From a virus (taxonomy: Duplodnaviria > Caudoviricetes): a stretch of 55,553 bases of DNA. A program made the position numbers and the translations under genes. The DNA lies in the IMG/VR virus record IMGVR_UViG_3300009184_000006, positions 1 to 55,553 of that record. One strand, 5' to 3'. Of this stretch, positions 50,251 through 55,553 are shown piece after piece (within the stretch, counting starts at the first letter, position 1; every line of letters begins with the position of its first letter). The notes beneath the pieces are model-generated. The model ran no database searches. It had not been told where the DNA came from and saw only the letters and a program-made list of their open reading frames with translations.

Positions 50251-53250
50251 TTAAGCTCCTTGGTTGAGTTGAGATTTGAGGCTATCAATTTCGGCTTTGA
50301 GTTCTTGGATGGCTTTGATCAGTGGGCTGATAAACATTTCACGGCTGATTGCCTGTATGCCATCTGGCCCCATATCCCAACCAGCAAAAGTGTCTACGCC
50401 CTCTGCATCAAGAGCCGCCTTAACTTCTTGAGCAATCAATCCGTGAATAACTGTTGTCGTGTCACGCTTGTTTTCTTCTGCGTAATATGGATTGTCTTGC
50501 TCAAGTTCGTTGCTGGGTTTCCAAGTAAATTTAACAGGGCGCAGACGATTGATAAATGACAGGCCAAGGGTGTCTTCTTGGATGTTTTTCTTCAAACGCC
50601 CGTCTGAGGTTTGAGTCCAAGTGGCGTTGACTGTAAAAGCGTTATAAACTTTTCCTGTTGATGAGCCTAAAGTTACATAACTATCGCCTTGCCCAGTTAA
50701 ATCATAACCAATAACAATTTGAGTTGAGGCAGATGCTGAACTTCCTCTAGCACCATAACCTACAAAAGTATTTTGTGTGCCACTTGTAAGCGTATAGCCA
50801 GCAGACCGACCTAACAAAGTATTGTCAGCCCCAGTTGCTTGATAACCGGCCTGATAGCCAACAGCAGTGTTGTTGGCTGCTGTGGTGACTGCATAAAGCG
50901 CCTGATAGCCCACAGCCGTGTTGTATGAGGCTGTGGTGTTGTTTTGTAAAGCGGCAAAACCAATTGCCGTGTTGTTTCCACCTGTAGTGTTGTAGTACAA
51001 GGGGCTAGACCCACCAACAGCAGTGTTACCAGCGCCCGTTGTGGTGTTATACCCAGCAGAATACCCAATAAAACACTGGCCCGTAGCTGTGGTATTTGAA
51101 TATCCTGCTTGATAACCCAAGGCGGTGTTGTATGAGGCTGTGGTGTTGTTGACAAGGGCTTGAACGCCAATTGCAACATTGGAGCCGCCAGATGAGTTGT
51201 AGTAAAGAGTCTGGAACCCCATTGCAATATTGCTGGTTCCATTGTTTGTATATCCCGCTTGTGCCCCTAAAAACAGGTTTTGTATGCCCGTGCTATTCGT
51301 AAACCCCGCCTGATAACCTACCGCAGTGTTACTTGAGGCTGTGGTGTTGGACGGAAGTGCAGACCGTCCAATTGCGGTATTGTAGGAACCAGTTGTGTTT
51401 GCAGTACCTGCTACAACACCAATAAAAGTATTGTCGGAACCTGTGTTGGCAAAACCAGCTTGAAAACCTACAAATACATGGCCTTGAGCCGTTGTATTTG
51501 AATATCCCGCTTGATAGCCAATTGCGGTCATTGCGCCTGTTGTATTGCTATACCCCGCTTGATACCCTACAGCAGTGTTGTTTGAGGCTGTGGTGTTGGA
51601 GAACAGCGCATACCTTCCCAAGCCAGTATTTGCAGTTCCAGTTGTGTTTGCGTACATAGCTTCAGCACCCACAGCCGTATTGTTATCAGCCGTAGTATTG
51701 GAATACAAAGCCTGCGAACCTACTGAAGTATTGGCCGCACCAGTGGTATTTAAGTATGAAGCAAGTCTACCAATCGCAGTGTTATTCCCGCCTGTGGTGT
51801 TGGAGCGAAGGGCAGATTCACCAATTGCAGTATTGTATGAACCAGTCGTGTTGAGGCGCATTGCGTTATTGCCAATTGCAACATATTGAATTCCTGTCGT
51901 ATTGGTAAGCGCAGAATTTCCACCAACAGCAACGCCGTATCCAGATGTATTTTGATATCCAGCTTGATATCCAATAAATGTTGTTATACCCCCAGTATCA
52001 GTATTACTGTATCCCGCTTGATAGCCAACCGCCGTCATAACAGCACCAGTTGCGCTATACCCCGCCTGATAGCCTACAGCAGTGTTGCTTGAGGTTGTAG
52101 TGCTGCTGAATAATGCCTCACGACCAACGGCGGTGTTGTAGTTACCTGTAGTGTTGTAATACAAAGGTGAATCGCCAAAAGCATTGTTGGCTGTTCCCGT
52201 GGTATTAGCCGCCAAGGCATACGGCCCAAGACCAGTATTACGGCCCGTTGTATTTGATTTGAGCGCCCAATAGCCAAATGCACCTATTGTGTCGCCTGTT
52301 GTATTTGAATACCCTGCCTGATAGCCTACAGCAGTGCCAAATGAAGCTGTAGTGTTGGAATAGAGGGAATCTTTGCCAACAGCCGTGTTATACGATCCCG
52401 TGGTGTTGCTATATGCGGCATTTGTGCCGATTGCCACGCCACTCTCAGCAGTTGTGGTCAAACGAAATGCGTTGTAACCAAAGGCTGCATTTGCACCGTT
52501 GCCAGTTGTGTGCGAATACAAAGCACCCGAACCAGTTGCGGTGTTGTACTGCGAACCAGAAATGCTATACCCCGCCTGATAACCCACAGCAGTGTTGTTT
52601 GAGGCTGTGGTGTTAAATCTAAGTGATTCAGAGCCAACAGCTACATTAAAGCTGCCTGTTGTGTTTGCTCGCAACGCACTTGAGCCAAAAGCTACGCCGC
52701 CAGCACCAGTGGTGTTTGATTGATATGCATACCGACCGAAAGCATTATTTGCGTCTCCAGTAGTGTTAGAAGCCAACGCATTAGAACCAAAAGCAGTGCC
52801 ATAAATTGCGCTTGTGTTTGCAGACAATGCGCTAACACCAACTGCTGTATTCTCGGTTCCGCTTGTATTTGCCGCCAAAGCACTTGCACCCACCGCAGTG
52901 TTGGTGGCTACAGCACCTGCGCCAAGACCTACAGTGAGTCCTTGAATGGTTGCTCCAAGGGTGCTACTGAATGTTCCAGTGACTGCAAGCGCAGTACCAC
53001 TCCAAGTCAAATTAGCAGAACCAGCTAATGCACCAGAACTGTTGAACTGGACCTGAGTATTAGAACCACCTGCTGGGCCAGCAGTGGCACCGGCGAGCAG
53101 GGTGACAACGCCAGCGGAGCTCTTGTAGTAGAGCTTACCATCGACGGTATTGAGTGCAAGCTCGCCAGCGACGAGGTTTGCCGCTAACGGGACAGCCGCC
53201 GCAGTGGCGCTGTAGTAAAGCGAAATAGGGGTGAAGCCAACAGCAGCCAT
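50251..53250 (-). CDS. Tail fibre with many NTTxxxNTAVGYQA repeats and a C-terminal S74 intramolecular chaperone
   Basis: GELALN..DGKLYYK head, tandem repeats, SDGRLKKNI...GLIAQEV...LIKAIQEL. Confidence 0.85.
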   Translation of the reverse strand: MAAVGFTPISLYYSATAAAVPLAANLVAGELALNTVDGKLYYKSSAGVVTLLAGATAGPAGGSNTQVQFNSSGALAGSANLTWSGTALAVTGTFSSTLGATIQGLTVGLGAGAVATNTAVGASALAANTSGTENTAVGVSALSANTSAIYGTAFGSNALASNTTGDANNAFGRYAYQSNTTGAGGVAFGSSALRANTTGSFNVAVGSESLRFNTTASNNTAVGYQAGYSISGSQYNTATGSGALYSHTTGNGANAAFGYNAFRLTTTAESGVAIGTNAAYSNTTGSYNTAVGKDSLYSNTTASFGTAVGYQAGYSNTTGDTIGAFGYWALKSNTTGRNTGLGPYALAANTTGTANNAFGDSPLYYNTTGNYNTAVGREALFSSTTTSSNTAVGYQAGYSATGAVMTAVGYQAGYSNTDTGGITTFIGYQAGYQNTSGYGVAVGGNSALTNTTGIQYVAIGNNAMRLNTTGSYNTAIGESALRSNTTGGNNTAIGRLASYLNTTGAANTSVGSQALYSNTTADNNTAVGAEAMYANTTGTANTGLGRYALFSNTTASNNTAVGYQAGYSNTTGAMTAIGYQAGYSNTTAQGHVFVGFQAGFANTGSDNTFIGVVAGTANTTGSYNTAIGRSALPSNTTASSNTAVGYQAGFTNSTGIQNLFLGAQAGYTNNGTSNIAMGFQTLYYNSSGGSNVAIGVQALVNNTTASYNTALGYQAGYSNTTATGQCFIGYSAGYNTTTGAGNTAVGGSSPLYYNTTGGNNTAIGFAALQNNTTASYNTAVGYQALYAVTTAANNTAVGYQAGYQATGADNTLLGRSAGYTLTSGTQNTFVGYGARGSSASASTQIVIGYDLTGQGDSYVTLGSSTGKVYNAFTVNATWTQTSDGRLKKNIQEDTLGLSFINRLRPVKFTWKPSNELEQDNPYYAEENKRDTTTVIHGLIAQEVKAALDAEGVDTFAGWDMGPDGIQAISREMFISPLIKAIQELKAEIDSLKSQLNQGA

Positions 53251-55286
53251 TAGAAAGTTCCTCCAAAGATTCCAGTTGTAGCAGTCACAGTTGTGAATGC
53301 CCCGGTGGTAGCGGTGGTAGCTCCAACAGTACCATTGATATTGATCGACGCGGTGCCGGTAAGATTCGTCACAGTCCCGCCGCTCGGCGTACCCAGTGCA
53401 CCACCATTAACCACGAAAGCCCCAGCAGCACCCGTGTTTAACCCCAGTGCGGTCACAACTCCCGTTCCGGTAGTCGTCGTGGCTGGCGCTACTCCAGCAC
53501 CCCCGCCAATCATTAATGCATTGGCCGCGAGTAGCGCCGAACTGGCTACCGCAGATGTCGAGGAGAAGTAGGGGATGCCGCCCGAAGTACCCGAAGTAAT
53601 TCCGAGACCGCCATTGCCCAGTGCGAGGGTGCCGTCCACGTGGGTAGTTAGACCGATCTTCCCCCAGCTGGGTGCGGTGGCAACGCCACCGGAGATTAAT
53701 GCGTTGCCGGTTGCTATGTCGGCCAGTTTAGCAAGGGTCGTGGTAGTGTTGGCGTAGAGCAGATCGCCCACGGCGTAGACTGTCTGCCCCGTACCGCCCA
53801 AAATCGCCGTGACCGGGGAGGTTAGACTGAACTGCGTGCCAGTGAGGGTCAAGCCCGTACCCGCTGTGTACGATCCAACACCGGCGAATTGAACCCAGGT
53901 GATCGCGGTTGTACCCAGCGTACCGCCAGCATTGGAGGTACACACCCAGCCCGTATCGGCGTATAAGGTTCCTTGCTCAATGAAGGTAAACGCACCCGGC
54001 ACCTCTGCCCACGAGTCCATGTCGGTTGCACGGGTCCACGCAGCTGCAGCCACTAAATAAATCCCGTTGTTCTGGCTTAACGTTTGGTCTTTCACCAAGC
54101 ATCTATCGCCAGCAATCAGTGCTACGCCATCAATGGTCTGCGTGCCCGACAGCGTAATATTCGCCGTAGTTGCCGCGACGCACGAAGCTTTAGGGTCTAA
54201 CCCCTGGGCTACTGTGTCGACGTATTGTTTGGTCGCCAGCTGCAATGCGGTGGTCGGGTCTTGGGTCACAGCGACCGATGTTAACCCGCCCAAAGTCAGG
54301 CTCGAGCTGCCCAAAGATATCGCGGTGGTTCCGATGGTCAGCGAGGAATTCGCGAGCTGTGCGTTGGTGATCGTTCCGGACAGGTCGCTGGTCGGAATAG
54401 ATGCCGAGGCCGTCATCGCACCCGTTCCGTTGCCGGAGACATACCCAGTGAGGGTCGTAGCACCCGTTCCACCATTTGCGGCATTCAAAGTACCCGCCAG
54501 AGTGATCGCACCACTGGTCGTAGCACTCGGGGTGAACCCCGTAGTACCCGCGCTGAATGACGTTACACCCCCAGTGAGTGCGAACTGCCGCCAAGCACCA
54601 CTCGAATACCCGTCGAAAGTACTTGTACTAGTGTTGAACCGCACCTGACCATCCGCGCCTACCGGTTGCTGGGCCGTAGTACCATTTGGAAGTGTTACAG
54701 CACCCGTTCCAGGGAAAATCGCATTGCTCGCCATCGCGATCGTTGGGTCTCCAGACCCATTTCCATTCGCTACGGTGATCTCGTTCGCCGTTCCATATAT
54801 CTGTCGACCCGCTATAGTGGTCCCATTAACCACCGCGAGCATTCCAGTACCCGAGGAATTGGCCAAAGCGAGTGCTAAACCACTCAGAGCGAACGTCGGA
54901 TTACCCGCGATACCATCCCCGTTGGTGATCGAGAGACCCGCACCGGAGGCTGTGAGAGTGCGGTTGGCTATACTAGTAGCCCCGGTCTTGACGAGAACCC
55001 CGGGAGATACTGTCTCGAGGCTCGCTGCGGCCCCGTTGAATTCCAGACGCAGGTAAGACTGCGCTCCGCCATCGGTCAGACCCAGTCCGGAACCGGTCGA
55101 TAGGTATCGGGAGTTGGGCAGAGTAGGTTCCTGGACCTTTGTCAGGAACGTCTGGTTCTGCGATGGGGACGCTGCGATTGCCGCAGTAGTCGTCCGCACC
55201 GTTTGGCCATTCTGTACAATAGGTACAGATTCGGTCCCGGTTATCGTCCCGGCTGCTGGAAGCTGTGTGATGGTTAAGTTAGCCAT
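53250..55286 (-). CDS. Tail fibre/spike protein
   Basis: 678 aa; Thr/Gly-rich; ATKQYVD, LSG.QTIDGV...DR.LVKDQ...NGIY. Confidence 0.8.
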   Translation of the reverse strand: MANLTITQLPAAGTITGTESVPIVQNGQTVRTTTAAIAASPSQNQTFLTKVQEPTLPNSRYLSTGSGLGLTDGGAQSYLRLEFNGAAASLETVSPGVLVKTGATSIANRTLTASGAGLSITNGDGIAGNPTFALSGLALALANSSGTGMLAVVNGTTIAGRQIYGTANEITVANGNGSGDPTIAMASNAIFPGTGAVTLPNGTTAQQPVGADGQVRFNTSTSTFDGYSSGAWRQFALTGGVTSFSAGTTGFTPSATTSGAITLAGTLNAANGGTGATTLTGYVSGNGTGAMTASASIPTSDLSGTITNAQLANSSLTIGTTAISLGSSSLTLGGLTSVAVTQDPTTALQLATKQYVDTVAQGLDPKASCVAATTANITLSGTQTIDGVALIAGDRCLVKDQTLSQNNGIYLVAAAAWTRATDMDSWAEVPGAFTFIEQGTLYADTGWVCTSNAGGTLGTTAITWVQFAGVGSYTAGTGLTLTGTQFSLTSPVTAILGGTGQTVYAVGDLLYANTTTTLAKLADIATGNALISGGVATAPSWGKIGLTTHVDGTLALGNGGLGITSGTSGGIPYFSSTSAVASSALLAANALMIGGGAGVAPATTTTGTGVVTALGLNTGAAGAFVVNGGALGTPSGGTVTNLTGTASININGTVGATTATTGAFTTVTATTGIFGGTF

Positions 55287-55553
55287 TTAGGGACTCAACG
55301 TTATACTATCCAGATTACCATTGTTCTCGGGCGTCTGGGTATTTTGCTCGGGAGAGAGCACATAACCGCCGTATCCAGTGGCAATCAGATTGTTATCTTG
55401 AACAGCCACGGACACATCCGGGCGCGGAAAGCGAATCGTAATGCGCTCAGTCTGCCTCGCTGGCAGTCGATACGGGTCTTTTTGGTCCGCGCAACCTTCG
55501 TTGCAAACCTGGAGACCGGGAAAATTAGGGTCGGAGCGCATCACCGAATGCGC
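55287..55553 (-). CDS. 3' part of the junction-spanning 113-aa protein
   Basis: Open frame continuous with 198..1 through the terminal overlap. Confidence 0.8.
   Translation of the reverse strand, partial: AHSVMRSDPNFPGLQVCNEGCADQKDPYRLPARQTERITIRFPRPDVSVAVQDNNLIATGYGGYVLSPEQNTQTPENNGNLDSITLSP
55431..55553. repeat. 123-bp terminal direct repeat, right copy
   Basis: Identical to 1-123. Confidence 0.95.

Noticed and set aside
50251-53250. Diversity-generating retroelement acting on the fibre
   Set aside because: No reverse transcriptase and no TR/VR pair with adenine-specific differences was seen
55431-55553. Terminal repeat as a biological DTR
   Set aside because: It cuts through a CDS and is an exact short overlap, typical of circular assembly
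1-55553. tRNA genes, integrase/att site, repressor, phage RNA polymerase
   Set aside because: None recognised by eye; tRNAscan-SE and HMM searches are needed to exclude them formally

Overview
This window is an apparently complete tailed-phage genome of about 55,430 bp. Bases 1-123 are repeated exactly at 55431-55553, inside a gene, so the assembly is circular. Every credible CDS is on the minus strand. The virion module looks podovirus-like: TerS/TerL, P22-type portal, GroES-like protein, scaffold, Mu gpT-like major capsid protein, adaptor and tail proteins, two fibres, ejection proteins, holin and M15 endolysin. A ~20 kb early/replication block (14232-34518) encodes an AEP primase, SNF2 and SF1 helicases, and a full 2-aminoadenine (Z-genome) set: dpoZ-purZ-mazZ-datZ. 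Next to the Z genes are an NrdR-like Zn-ribbon gene, an intact Zn-dependent histone-deacetylase-family enzyme and an Acb2/Tad1-like protein. The block also holds an array of near-consensus sigma70 promoter/gene cassettes. The most unexplained structure is a pair of diverged, inverted ~300-350 bp non-coding elements that bracket this block. They are built from TGGAAC/GTTCCA repeats with GTTCCA-N6-TGGAAC dyads, and each has a promoter pointing into it. No integrase, repressor, RNA polymerase, tRNA or CRISPR array was recognised. All family assignments come from motif recognition by eye, not from database searches.
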